From positions 224,001 to 288,000 of the forward strand of contig JAXCHI010000004.1 of NCBI GenBank assembly GCA_033977065.1: a stretch of DNA of 64,000 nucleotides. The letters are read 5' to 3'. A program made the position numbers and the translations under genes. The number at the start of each line of letters is the position of its first letter. Position 1 is the first letter of the stretch. Of the stretch, positions 38,720-48,063 are shown piece by piece. The stretch comes from Candidatus Algichlamydia australiensis. GTDB lineage: Bacteria; Chlamydiota; Chlamydiia; Chlamydiales; JAJFMI01. The notes under the pieces are model-generated. The model made no database searches, was not told the origin of the DNA, and worked only from the letters and a program-made list of their open reading frames with translations.

Positions 38720-39485
38720 ATTTTTTCTACTGCTTCCTCTCGTTTTATTTGGTAAAGTAATTGAGGTGCAGCATTTCAAAGAGCTTCTTACACACATTTC
38801 AAAGGATACTCTTATTCTACTTGATATAGATGACACTCTGCTGATACCAAAACAGATGCTGGGCTCAGATATATGGTTTAACTACCGTTGGCGAGAGTAT
38901 CAAAAAATGGGAATGAGCCGTGGAGATGCTTTAGAAAAAAGTTTAGCCGAGTGGAATGCGATCCGTCATCTAACAGAGATGGAGATTGTAGAACCTGGGA
39001 CAAAGGAGATCATCAGCCAAATGCAAGATGAGGGGTATACAGTCATGGGGTTGACAACCCAGGGAATCGCAATGGCTACGCGCACCTCAATGCAACTAAA
39101 AGATCTTGGGATTCACCTGGTACGCACTGCGCCTTCAAAAAATGGGCACTACCTTAACATCAACGAGCACGGAGTTCTCTTCCGTGAAGGAGTCCTTTTT
39201 ACTTCAGGAACCCCTAAAGGAAAGGCTCTTTTTGCGCTTTTATACACGCTCGGTTATTACCCCAAAGAAATCGTTTTTATTAATGACAAGTTAGCTCATT
39301 TGCACGATATAGAAGAGGAGGCAGAAAAAAATAAGATCAAATATTGCGGTTTGCGTTATGCTTACTCTGACGCGCGTAAGAAGGCATTTCGGGTAGATGT
39401 AGCAGATTACCAGTTTTGCCACTCAACATTTGATAGAATTTGTTCCGATGAGGAAGGAACAATTGCGACGAATAAATCATTATGA
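38703..39485 (+). CDS. Secreted HAD-like DUF2608 family protein
   Basis: Signal peptide; LDIDDTL, KG.AL, FINDK. Confidence 0.75.
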   Translation: MRLGIKFFLLLPLVLFGKVIEVQHFKELLTHISKDTLILLDIDDTLLIPKQMLGSDIWFNYRWREYQKMGMSRGDALEKSLAEWNAIRHLTEMEIVEPGTKEIISQMQDEGYTVMGLTTQGIAMATRTSMQLKDLGIHLVRTAPSKNGHYLNINEHGVLFREGVLFTSGTPKGKALFALLYTLGYYPKEIVFINDKLAHLHDIEEEAEKNKIKYCGLRYAYSDARKKAFRVDVADYQFCHSTFDRICSDEEGTIATNKSL

Positions 39486-39757
39486 CGAAAGTAAAAGACT
39501 CTTTTATTGTTTGTAACGAACAAGGGCTACACACGCGCCCTGCCACAGAACTTGTAAAGTGTGTTTCACGCTACCGCGCTCAAGTAAAGCTTTTTTATCA
39601 AGATTTGGAAGTAAACGCAAAATCCCTTCTTGGGATTCTCATGCTTGCAGCGGAGCGTGGTGCCAAAGTGCGCATTGAAGCTGAAGGAGAGGATGCACAG
39701 GAGGTAGTCAGTGAGCTTATTGAGCTCTCCAAGGACAAATTTCACATCCGATACTGA
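39482..39757 (+). CDS. ptsH: Phosphocarrier protein HPr
   Basis: GLHTRPA, NAKSLLGIL. Confidence 0.95.
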   Translation: MTKVKDSFIVCNEQGLHTRPATELVKCVSRYRAQVKLFYQDLEVNAKSLLGILMLAAERGAKVRIEAEGEDAQEVVSELIELSKDKFHIRY

Positions 39758-40136
39758 TAGTAGTAAAGGTTCTTACCACTCTTTTGGTCTTAATATAAGT
39801 TTTCAAGACGAAGAAGAAAAGGCTATCGAGACCGCTAAAGAAGAAGAGCGTTTAATCGACCGTTCTGGATCTTTTATTGATGATAGCCGTCGTTTTGAGT
39901 ATTGCTATTATGAAAAAATTTGCACCCCAATGCAATACCGAGTCGCCTGTGCAGCCCTTACGATTTTTTTATTTGGGACCCTCCTCGTTCCGATTACCAC
40001 AATTGTTGCTCTTAACCTTCCCATAAGCACTGTGGTGAGCTTAGTTATGGGTATTGTCTCAGGCTATTTTTTTGCGATGTTGATCGGCATACCTCTCTAT
40101 TCTGCTTATGGCTATTCCCAATGGAATAAGCAGTGA
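39711..40136 (+). CDS. Hypothetical protein with a bilobed hydrophobic domain
   Basis: Hydrophilic N-terminus followed by two adjacent TM helices. Confidence 0.55.
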   Translation: MSLLSSPRTNFTSDTDSSKGSYHSFGLNISFQDEEEKAIETAKEEERLIDRSGSFIDDSRRFEYCYYEKICTPMQYRVACAALTIFLFGTLLVPITTIVALNLPISTVVSLVMGIVSGYFFAMLIGIPLYSAYGYSQWNKQ

Positions 40137-41182
40137 AAAAACTTTTCCTTTTTTTTCTAACTTTGCCTCTCTTTGGTCATCTAGAAGAAGATGTAGGACA
40201 ACTGTTAATGACCTACACCTATCCAAGTGAAGAGCAAGCTTTGGTTCAAGATCTTCATATTGGAGGAATTATTTACTATTCCTGGGCTAATGAGCTCTTA
40301 TATGAAGAGGAAGTCCGAGATTACTCCGCCTACCTGCAATCACTTGCCGAAACCCCTCTTTTTATTGCTGTTGATCAAGAGGGAGGAAGAGTGAGTCGTT
40401 TGCAGGGCGAATTTTTACAAATTCCTAGCGCGCAATTTTTTGGAGAAATTGACGATCCCTATTTTCATCGACTTTTGCTCGATGGGATGACAGAGCAGAT
40501 GTGCGATGCGGGTATTAATTTGAATTTTGCACCCGTTGTAGATGTAAATAATAATCCAGAAAATATTGTCATCGGCGATCGCTCCTTTGGAAGTGATGCT
40601 AAATCAGTAGTGAGTTGCGCTAAGCAGGTCATAGCTTCTCATCTTTTAAACGGTGTTTTCCCTTGTTTAAAGCACTTCCCAGGTCATGGTGACACAAGCG
40701 TTGATTCACACTTTGAAGTGCCAGTTGTAAGAAAAAGCCGCGAAGAGTTAGATCGCGCGGAATTCTATCCCTACTTTGCGCTTGCTAAAGAAGTTCCGTT
40801 CATTATGACCGCGCACATCCTTTTTCCAGAACTCGATCCCGATTATCCCGCGACTTTTTCCAAAAAAATTCTCACAGGGCTTTTGCGAGAGGAGATGGGG
40901 TTTGAGGGTGTTATTATTACAGACTCCTTGAAAATGAAGGCAGCAGGAGAAGAAATTTCAATGGGGGAAGCGGCAGTACGCGCTTTCCAAGCGGGGGCAG
41001 ATATTTTGCTTATTGGGGGAAAACTTTTACTTGGCGAAGATGATGAGGAGCATTTGCTTGAAGTAAGAGGGGTGCGTGACGCGCTAGTCAATGCAATCCA
41101 ATCGGGAAGGATTTCTCAAGAGAGGCTCCAGTCTTCTCTTGATCGTATTGCAAATACAAAGGCTACTCTTCGTAAGGAGTGA
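40133..41182 (+). CDS. nagZ: Beta-N-acetylhexosaminidase (GH3)
   Basis: DQEGGRVSR, KHFPGHGD, IITDSL.M. Confidence 0.85.
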   Translation: MKKLFLFFLTLPLFGHLEEDVGQLLMTYTYPSEEQALVQDLHIGGIIYYSWANELLYEEEVRDYSAYLQSLAETPLFIAVDQEGGRVSRLQGEFLQIPSAQFFGEIDDPYFHRLLLDGMTEQMCDAGINLNFAPVVDVNNNPENIVIGDRSFGSDAKSVVSCAKQVIASHLLNGVFPCLKHFPGHGDTSVDSHFEVPVVRKSREELDRAEFYPYFALAKEVPFIMTAHILFPELDPDYPATFSKKILTGLLREEMGFEGVIITDSLKMKAAGEEISMGEAAVRAFQAGADILLIGGKLLLGEDDEEHLLEVRGVRDALVNAIQSGRISQERLQSSLDRIANTKATLRKE

Positions 41183-41561
41183 CTTTATCGAGCACTTGCT
41201 CTTCGACAAAGAGGGGAATATTTTGCAGCATGACAAGAGTTAGGCAGTCACTGGGGCGTGCTGCAATTTCTAAAATTTGTCTTACATCCTGATTTTCCTG
41301 CTCTACAAAAAGTTTTGAGCTGTAGATAGCTTCTTCAACGTCATCAATGACAACTTTTAACGGCTTGACCTCCAGGCCATGAAGAAGAGCTGAGACTAAG
41401 TCATGAGCTGTTTTGGGACGTGCAGAACCTTTCTGAATATTGGCTCCCACATGAGGCTCTGTAAAAATGGCAAACCGCATTGTTTCTGACTGCAGGATGA
41501 ATGCAGAGTAGGTTTTGCCTTGCAAGATCTTTTCTACATGAATTGGAATGAGCCCGCTCAC
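41163..41561 (-). CDS. Bifunctional nuclease (DUF151) family protein
   Basis: RP.TAHDL, ARPSD, PLFV..VL. Confidence 0.8.
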   Translation of the reverse strand: MSGLIPIHVEKILQGKTYSAFILQSETMRFAIFTEPHVGANIQKGSARPKTAHDLVSALLHGLEVKPLKVVIDDVEEAIYSSKLFVEQENQDVRQILEIAARPSDCLTLVMLQNIPLFVEEQVLDKVTPYEE

Positions 41562-42235
41562 TGCCAGACCTCTGTTGTGCCATCTTTTTTTCCAATGATG
41601 ACGCGCCCTGCAATATGAAAAAAGAGCCCCGTTTCGACTACTCCAGGAAGTGTAATAATTTCAGAGTGCAGTTTAATCGGATCGTCTAGAGGGGATTGCA
41701 ATTCAATATCATAAATATAGTGGCCGCCGTCTGTTGAAAAGGGTGTTGTCTCATTTGCCATTCGAATTGCGCCTCGTAACCCATGCGCGTTCAGCTTTTG
41801 AACCGTTGATTGGTAGCAGAAAGGAACAATCTCTACAGGAAGCATTGCATTTCCTAGTTTCTCAGAGACCTTTTCACTATCGATGATTACAATCATTTCA
41901 CGGCTGCATGAAGCGATAATTTTCTCGCGCAATAGTGCTCCTCCACCTCCTTTGATCATTCTCTTTTCTCGATCAATTTCATCAGCACCATCTACTGTAA
42001 TATCAAGTGAGGTGACTTGACTGCTTTCAAGTAGAGGAATGTTGTGCTTTTGCGCAAGAACAAGAGATTTTTCTGAGCTAGAAATGGCTTGGATTTTCAA
42101 TCCCTTTTTAACACGCTCTCCCAACTTTTCAATAAAGTAGAAAACTGTTGTGCCTGTCCCAATCCCAACAAGCATCTCTTGCTGGATACACTCTGCTGCG
42201 GCAAAACCTGCCGCTTTTTTTTCGTCTTCGTTCAT
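41558..42235 (-). CDS. rpiA: Ribose-5-phosphate isomerase A
   Basis: GIGTGTT, DGADE, KGGGGALLREK, GVVETGLF. Confidence 0.96.
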   Translation of the reverse strand: MNEDEKKAAGFAAAECIQQEMLVGIGTGTTVFYFIEKLGERVKKGLKIQAISSSEKSLVLAQKHNIPLLESSQVTSLDITVDGADEIDREKRMIKGGGGALLREKIIASCSREMIVIIDSEKVSEKLGNAMLPVEIVPFCYQSTVQKLNAHGLRGAIRMANETTPFSTDGGHYIYDIELQSPLDDPIKLHSEIITLPGVVETGLFFHIAGRVIIGKKDGTTEVWQ

Positions 42236-42329
42236 ACTTGCATCATGAAGAGTTGCCCTTTTCCTCTCAAGAGAATTGACGTATAGGTACCAAAGATTTA
42301 AGATGTAAGAGATTTGAACGGAGGCACGA

Positions 42330-42641
42330 ATGGCTAGTAAAAGGGAAAAAGAGCTTTTGAATGAGATTGCTGAAGAGAGTGAAAAGACAAAGCGCGCCCG
42401 CGAGAAACTCAAAAAGAATCTCACAAACGAACAGACAAAAACCACAAAAGAGGCTTTAGATCGAAAAAGTGCAGAGATTAAGGTCTGGATCGGCCGTCAT
42501 GCCAAAGATCGTACTGTCGTTCCTGGAAAGGGGATCTCTCTTTTTGATAATAATGAGAACCCTGCGGATCCAAGTGAAAAAATTTCTGGTCATCGTGAAC
42601 AGTTAGAAGATCTACTTGGAAAAGAGACTAAGGCGAACTAG
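42330..42641 (+). CDS. Hypothetical charged protein
   Basis: GGAGG RBS; 103-aa ORF. Confidence 0.6.
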   Translation: MASKREKELLNEIAEESEKTKRAREKLKKNLTNEQTKTTKEALDRKSAEIKVWIGRHAKDRTVVPGKGISLFDNNENPADPSEKISGHREQLEDLLGKETKAN

Positions 42642-42816
42642 TACTCCGTTTTAATTAAAAAAACAGCCAGTAGAAACAGTCGGGCAAATCCCGGCTGCCC
42701 TAAGAGAGGGTTTACAAATTCATTCCGCTGAAAAAATAAAAGCAATTTGTAAACTTTCTCTTGAGCTTCATCTTGGCATGCCAAATTGCGTTTTGTCGGA
42801 AAACCGTGCAGAGCAC
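42641..42816. mobile_element. Degenerate palindromic element with family B-like ends
   Basis: CTAGTACTCCG left end, CAGAGCAC right end; internal IR AAGAGAGGGTTTACAAATT / AATTTGTAAACTTTCTCTT. Confidence 0.5.
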
Positions 42817-42916
42817 TGCTTCTTCCTCCTGCACCGCAATTTTTCAAAGCCGGTAAAATGACTTTTCCGTATAAAGACTTGACTAGAAGCAACTTAGTCT
42901 GCTAAACTTTTGGTGA

Positions 42917-44176
42917 ATGAAAAACGTCTTAACCTTTCTTAGAGAGAGAGATTTTCTCGACCAGGTCACCCACGAAGAGATGGAAGAGGTGCTAAATAGC
43001 CCTCAAAAAATCTATCTTGGATTCGATATGACAGCTGACAGTCTCCACCTGGGAAACCTTGTGGGTTTAATCCTTCTGCGCTGGTTTCAAAAATTTGGGC
43101 ATACTCCTGTTGTTCTCTTGGGGGGAGCCACAACTAAGATTGGAGACCCTTCCGGAAAGAGCAAAGAGCGCCCGCTGCTCGATCCCGAAGAAGCAAAGAA
43201 AAATTTTAATAAGATCAAGGCACAAGTTGGTAGGTTTTTTGATGATAAAGGACCCAAACCCGTTATTCTCAATAATGATGACTGGTTAGCAGAGATTCCC
43301 ATCATCGACTTTATGCGCGATGTAGGCAAGCACTTTCGCATGGGGACAATGCTAAGCAAAGAGAGTGTGAAGTTGCGCGTCAATTCCGATGAAGGAATGA
43401 GCTTTACAGAGTTTTGCTACAGCTTATTACAGGGATACGATTTCTACTACCTTTCAAAAAATAAAGGAATCCTTTTTCAAGGAGGCGGATCAGATCAGTG
43501 GGGCAACATTACTGCTGGGATTGAGCTCACAAGGAAAAAATCTGGTATCTCGGTATTTGGGATTACCTTTCCTCTTTTAACTCGCAGTGATGGCAGAAAA
43601 TTTGGAAAGTCTGAATCAGGTGCCATTTGGCTCGATCAAGAGAAGACTTCACCTTTTGCTCTCTATCAATATCTCTATCAACTGGCTGATGCAGATGTAG
43701 GCAAAATGCTTCGCATGCTTACATTTCTTGATACAGAGAAAATTAGAGCCTATGAAAAGGCTCTAAAAGAGGGGAGTGCTCAGCCCAATGAGGGGCAGAA
43801 ACTTCTTGCTGAAGAGGTAACAAAATTTGTTCACGGAGATGTGGGACTAGAGGCTGCAAAACAGGGCACAAAAGGTGCCGCCTTTGGACAAAAAATTGAC
43901 GCAGAGTCGCTGCGTTCGGCGTTAGGAGCAATGCCAACTGTTTCGATGTCAAAAAGCGATGTTGTGGGAAAGCGTTTTACCGAACTTGTAGCATTTGTTA
44001 AGCTTGCTTCAAGTAAGGGCGAAGCGCACCGTTTGGTGAAAAATGGTGGGGCCTATCTCAATAATGAAAAAGTTTTAGACCCTGCAAAAATCATTGAACA
44101 TAGCGACCTTATCGAGGGGGAATTTCTGCTGCTTGGGAGTGGAAAGAAAAAAAAATCTGTCATTCAGATCGATTAA
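42917..44176 (+). CDS. tyrS: Tyrosine--tRNA ligase
   Basis: HLGN, GGSDQWGNI, KFGKS, S4 domain. Confidence 0.97.
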   Translation: MKNVLTFLRERDFLDQVTHEEMEEVLNSPQKIYLGFDMTADSLHLGNLVGLILLRWFQKFGHTPVVLLGGATTKIGDPSGKSKERPLLDPEEAKKNFNKIKAQVGRFFDDKGPKPVILNNDDWLAEIPIIDFMRDVGKHFRMGTMLSKESVKLRVNSDEGMSFTEFCYSLLQGYDFYYLSKNKGILFQGGGSDQWGNITAGIELTRKKSGISVFGITFPLLTRSDGRKFGKSESGAIWLDQEKTSPFALYQYLYQLADADVGKMLRMLTFLDTEKIRAYEKALKEGSAQPNEGQKLLAEEVTKFVHGDVGLEAAKQGTKGAAFGQKIDAESLRSALGAMPTVSMSKSDVVGKRFTELVAFVKLASSKGEAHRLVKNGGAYLNNEKVLDPAKIIEHSDLIEGEFLLLGSGKKKKSVIQID

Positions 44177-44243
44177 CCCTTGCCGAAAATAGGGATAAAA
44201 ATCCAAAATAAAATTTGATAGTTTATGTTTCGGAGAAGGTATT

Positions 44244-44582
44244 ATGGCGACAGTCACAAAAAAGAAACTCATACAGAAAATCGCGAATCGAAAGGGTATG
44301 CACCCAAATGAAGTTCGCGGTCTTTTGCAAGAGTTTCTAGATGCAATGACCGATTATTTGGCGGAAGGAGATCGACTCGAATTTCGTGATTTTGGGGTTT
44401 TTGAAATCGTAGAAAGAAAGCAAAAAATTGGGCGTAACCCCAAAAATCCAGGTGTAGCAATTGTAATTCCAACGCGCAAGGCGGTGAAATTTACTCCTGG
44501 GAAAAAGATGAAAGGGTTGATTGAAGAGGGCAAAAGCAGCTCTGCAAACTCCTCTTCTTCTATGCAAGGACAGTTTGCATAA
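44244..44582 (+). CDS. ihfA: IHF/HU DNA-binding protein
   Basis: FRDFGVF, GRNPK, KFTPGK. Confidence 0.88.
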   Translation: MATVTKKKLIQKIANRKGMHPNEVRGLLQEFLDAMTDYLAEGDRLEFRDFGVFEIVERKQKIGRNPKNPGVAIVIPTRKAVKFTPGKKMKGLIEEGKSSSANSSSSMQGQFA

Positions 44583-44652
44583 ATTGTTGCTGTGCAATGG
44601 CACAAAATGTGCTGTTGCACACTCTTTTCAAAGAGTGTTATATTGATTGCTT

Positions 44653-45981
44653 ATGGGTACATTGATTGCTAGCTCACTTATCGATCTTCTCGACCTTTCA
44701 GCAACAACTGATCCTTGGAAATTAGCACTTGATTTTCTGATTAAACAGCAAAAGATAGATCCATACAGAGTAGAGAGTTTGATTGCTCCATTGAAGGCAA
44801 GCACCCCTTCAAAAGAGGAGTTTTTAACAGCTGCTGCGTTTTTATCCTTAAACGAGACTCTTAAATATGAGCTAAAAGGAGATTTGATCGCGCTTTGTGA
44901 TGGAGTTGACCCTGCAATACGTGAATTGATTTTTACTCTGCTTGGACACTCATCGCATACCCCTTACAAAGTCTCTTCACCAAGTGACCTGCTCTATTTT
45001 GGACTTGCTGCACTCTTTCAAAATTCTACAGAAAAAAAGCGGACGTTTTTGCAGAAAGTTGGGGAGATAAACCAATTTCTTGATCGCAAGGGAAATCCGT
45101 TCTTTGGACTAATGAGTGATGAGAAGCACTTCTGTTTGGCTACTCTTTTAGCGATTTTTTTTCTTATATTTTCTTTAGCCAAAGAGTTTTCCAATAAGAA
45201 AGAGTTTGAGACCATCGCTAACCATCTATACCATAGGCTTGGCCTCCTTGAAGGCTATTTTTTAGATGCAATTCCCTCTCATCTGCTTCTGCTTTCTTTG
45301 CTACTTGAGAGATGTGAATCTGGAGAAAAAAGCAGTTATCCTATCCCTTTCGCACGCGGTTTCTCTCGAAATTTGGCACTTTGGCACGAGCAATTAAATA
45401 AGATTGATTTTACTTGCCAGTTTTCGGGTGTTGGCAGCTCTTTTGCTGCTGCTTCAAAAGGAAATGTTGAGATTGTGGCGATGGCTCCGCAAAAGTTGCC
45501 CCTTGGCGTAATGGAAAATTTTGGCCTCTTTCGCCTGCCTCCAAACGATGCGGGGGAATTTTCCGATCTCAAGTATGAAGAGGATTTTTTGGAAGGTTGG
45601 ATCAAGCTCTGCCAGTACGGAACAGATCATCCAGAACCAGGGAAAGACTGGATCTATACAGAGGTTAAAACAAAGCCTGACTATCTAACATTTACTTTTA
45701 CACCGCAAAAACCAGAAGTAGATTACTATATAGTGTTTTTTATAAAGGCAAAAGAGGCAAAGGTTGAAGGCCGTCCCAGTCTTAAGCCGAAGTGCCTTGA
45801 ACGTCTCCGGGGTGAAGTAGGTGAAATTTTCTTTAAAGATGCAGATGAGGTTCTCTCTCTGCGCACAAAAGAGCCTACAAAAATCGAGGTGATCCCTTTA
45901 GCAGGCGGCAACCATTTTTGGTCAGCCCACTTTCTCGTCGCCTTTCCGATAAATGAATCTCTTTCCATTGAAATTTCTTAA
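44653..45981 (+). CDS. Conserved chlamydial hypothetical protein between ihf and accA
   Basis: Long ORF; C-terminal IPLAGG.HFW.A.FL motif; synteny. Confidence 0.7.
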   Translation: MGTLIASSLIDLLDLSATTDPWKLALDFLIKQQKIDPYRVESLIAPLKASTPSKEEFLTAAAFLSLNETLKYELKGDLIALCDGVDPAIRELIFTLLGHSSHTPYKVSSPSDLLYFGLAALFQNSTEKKRTFLQKVGEINQFLDRKGNPFFGLMSDEKHFCLATLLAIFFLIFSLAKEFSNKKEFETIANHLYHRLGLLEGYFLDAIPSHLLLLSLLLERCESGEKSSYPIPFARGFSRNLALWHEQLNKIDFTCQFSGVGSSFAAASKGNVEIVAMAPQKLPLGVMENFGLFRLPPNDAGEFSDLKYEEDFLEGWIKLCQYGTDHPEPGKDWIYTEVKTKPDYLTFTFTPQKPEVDYYIVFFIKAKEAKVEGRPSLKPKCLERLRGEVGEIFFKDADEVLSLRTKEPTKIEVIPLAGGNHFWSAHFLVAFPINESLSIEIS

Positions 45982-46122
45982 AAATATATAAAATTTATTT
46001 TATTCAGCGATATGATATAATGTTCAAATCGCAGGTTGATATGTATTCGCTCTATGAAACATAATGAAGCGAAAGAACCTATCTCAATTGTGTATTAGAA
46101 TAGGTTCAAATATGTGGTGGTT

Positions 46123-47088
46123 ATGAAACGATTTCTTATATTTGGAACAGTCTGCTTATTTGCTGGAATTGGCGCGATGGGGTGGCTCAAGAAAAAAAAT
46201 GCCAAAGAGGCAGATAGTTCTGCCACAGTGCAAGTTTTAGAGGACTACGAACCTCTTTATGTCGAGACTAAGGAGCCAGTAGTTGCATCTACAAGAGTAG
46301 ATTTGACGCCCCAGAGTGATGATATAGAAAGCGTTGATCAAATTTATCGTCTCTTTACCGTAAGCTCTTCTCGATATCCTTTTGTCGAGACGATTACCTA
46401 CACGCCGCGTGTTGACTGGCTAAAAGGCCGCGCAGCTTGGATTAGTGATTACGCTTCTTACTTCCACACTTCAAAACATTTTATTGCACGCTCACTCAAT
46501 GGAAAGCCCGATTACTACGCGCAAAAAGTAAAGAGTGGTGATCGTTTTAATGTTTTCAAACCAGACTGTGAATTAACTTTTCATTTAGTTGTAGATCTTT
46601 CGCGCTGCAAGATGTGGTTTTATGCTGTCGACTTAGATGCAAACAAGCGCTACTTGATGAAGACCTATGTAGTCGGTGTGGGCAGTCTTGAGCCAACATC
46701 TCCGTCAGGAACTCTTACGCCAACAGGAAAATATCTATTGGGAGACAAAATTTCTGTTCACAAACCTGGAACGATGGGACTTTTTAAAGATGAAGAGTCT
46801 GAGTTGATTCAAGTTTTTGGAACGAGATGGATCCCATTTGGGGCAGAGATCGAAAACTGTTCTCATCCTTACAAGGGGTATGGGATTCATGGAACACCGT
46901 GGCTTTTAGATGAAAAGAGCGGTGAACTGATTGAAGATCGCACGATGGTAGGCAACTACAATGGTGATGGGTGTATTCATCTTCTCAAGGAAGATATTGA
47001 AGAGCTCTATGCGATTGTTGTAACTAAGCCAACTATTGTGGAAATTGTAAAAGATTATCGGGATGCAAATGTTCCCGGAGAGGATTAA
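46123..47088 (+). CDS. L,D-transpeptidase (YkuD) family protein
   Basis: VDLS...TPTG.Y, GYGIHGT, DGCIHL; N-terminal anchor. Confidence 0.8.
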   Translation: MKRFLIFGTVCLFAGIGAMGWLKKKNAKEADSSATVQVLEDYEPLYVETKEPVVASTRVDLTPQSDDIESVDQIYRLFTVSSSRYPFVETITYTPRVDWLKGRAAWISDYASYFHTSKHFIARSLNGKPDYYAQKVKSGDRFNVFKPDCELTFHLVVDLSRCKMWFYAVDLDANKRYLMKTYVVGVGSLEPTSPSGTLTPTGKYLLGDKISVHKPGTMGLFKDEESELIQVFGTRWIPFGAEIENCSHPYKGYGIHGTPWLLDEKSGELIEDRTMVGNYNGDGCIHLLKEDIEELYAIVVTKPTIVEIVKDYRDANVPGED

Positions 47089-47091
47089 AAA

Positions 47092-48063
47092 ATGTTAACT
47101 CATGAGAAGCAGATCAAGGAGTGCGAAGAAGCACTTGAGCGATTAAGAGAGCAGAACAACGCCTCAGATGTCTGGACAGATGAGGAAATTGTGCGTCTAG
47201 AATCACGTCTTGAAAAGCTAAAGGCAAAAGTCTACTCACAACTCTCTCCTTGGGAACGCGTCACGATTTCTCGCCACCCGGAGCGCCCACAAGCTAAAGA
47301 TTATATTAGTCATATCGTAGAAGGTTTTGAAGAGCTTCATGGAGATCGCCTCTTTCGCGATGATCCCGCAATCGTCATGGGCATTGGGCGTATTGGTGGG
47401 GAAAAATTTATGGTAATTGGTCAGGAAAAGGGGAAAGATACTGAAAGTCGTCTTCATCGAAATTTTGGTATGCCGCACCCGGAAGGGTATCGGAAGGCGC
47501 TTCGCGCAATGCAGCTTGCTGAAAAATTTAACATTCCTGTTCTCTGTTTTATTGATACCCCAGGAGCTTATCCAGGTCTCGCTGCTGAAGAGCGCGGTCA
47601 GGGATGGGCAATTGCAAAAAATTTAATGGAGATGGCGCACCTAAAAACCCCTGTGATCGCTGTTCTCATAGGCGAGGGTTGCTCTGGTGGCGCACTTGGG
47701 ATTGGAATTGCGGATCGTGTTGCCATGTTAGAGCACGCTTACTATTCCGTAATTTCTCCCGAAGGATGTGCCTCAATCCTCTGGAAAGATAGCACAAAAC
47801 AGGCTCAAGCAGCAGAGTGTTTGAAGCTCACCTCTGATGATTTAGCAGAGTATAAAATTGTTGATCATATTATCGATGAGCCTCTTGGTGGTGCCCACTA
47901 TGACCCACAAGTTGTCTATAAGGCTGTAAAAGAGTATGTCACCCGTGAAAATGCAACCCTAAAACAACTTCCTCTTGAGACTCTTCTCAAGGAAAGGTAC
48001 AATAAGTTTCGTCAACTAGGTAAAACTGACCACGATGAAACTTCTTTTAAAGGCAGCTCTTAG
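47092..48063 (+). CDS. accA: Acetyl-CoA carboxylase carboxyltransferase alpha
   Basis: ELHGDR, NFGMPHPEGYRKA, DTPGAYPG. Confidence 0.97.
   Translation: MLTHEKQIKECEEALERLREQNNASDVWTDEEIVRLESRLEKLKAKVYSQLSPWERVTISRHPERPQAKDYISHIVEGFEELHGDRLFRDDPAIVMGIGRIGGEKFMVIGQEKGKDTESRLHRNFGMPHPEGYRKALRAMQLAEKFNIPVLCFIDTPGAYPGLAAEERGQGWAIAKNLMEMAHLKTPVIAVLIGEGCSGGALGIGIADRVAMLEHAYYSVISPEGCASILWKDSTKQAQAAECLKLTSDDLAEYKIVDHIIDEPLGGAHYDPQVVYKAVKEYVTRENATLKQLPLETLLKERYNKFRQLGKTDHDETSFKGSS

Noticed and set aside
42642..42916. T-box riboswitch upstream of tyrS
   Set aside because: No T-box consensus (GGTGGNACCGCG) or terminator; a promoter lies directly before the ATG
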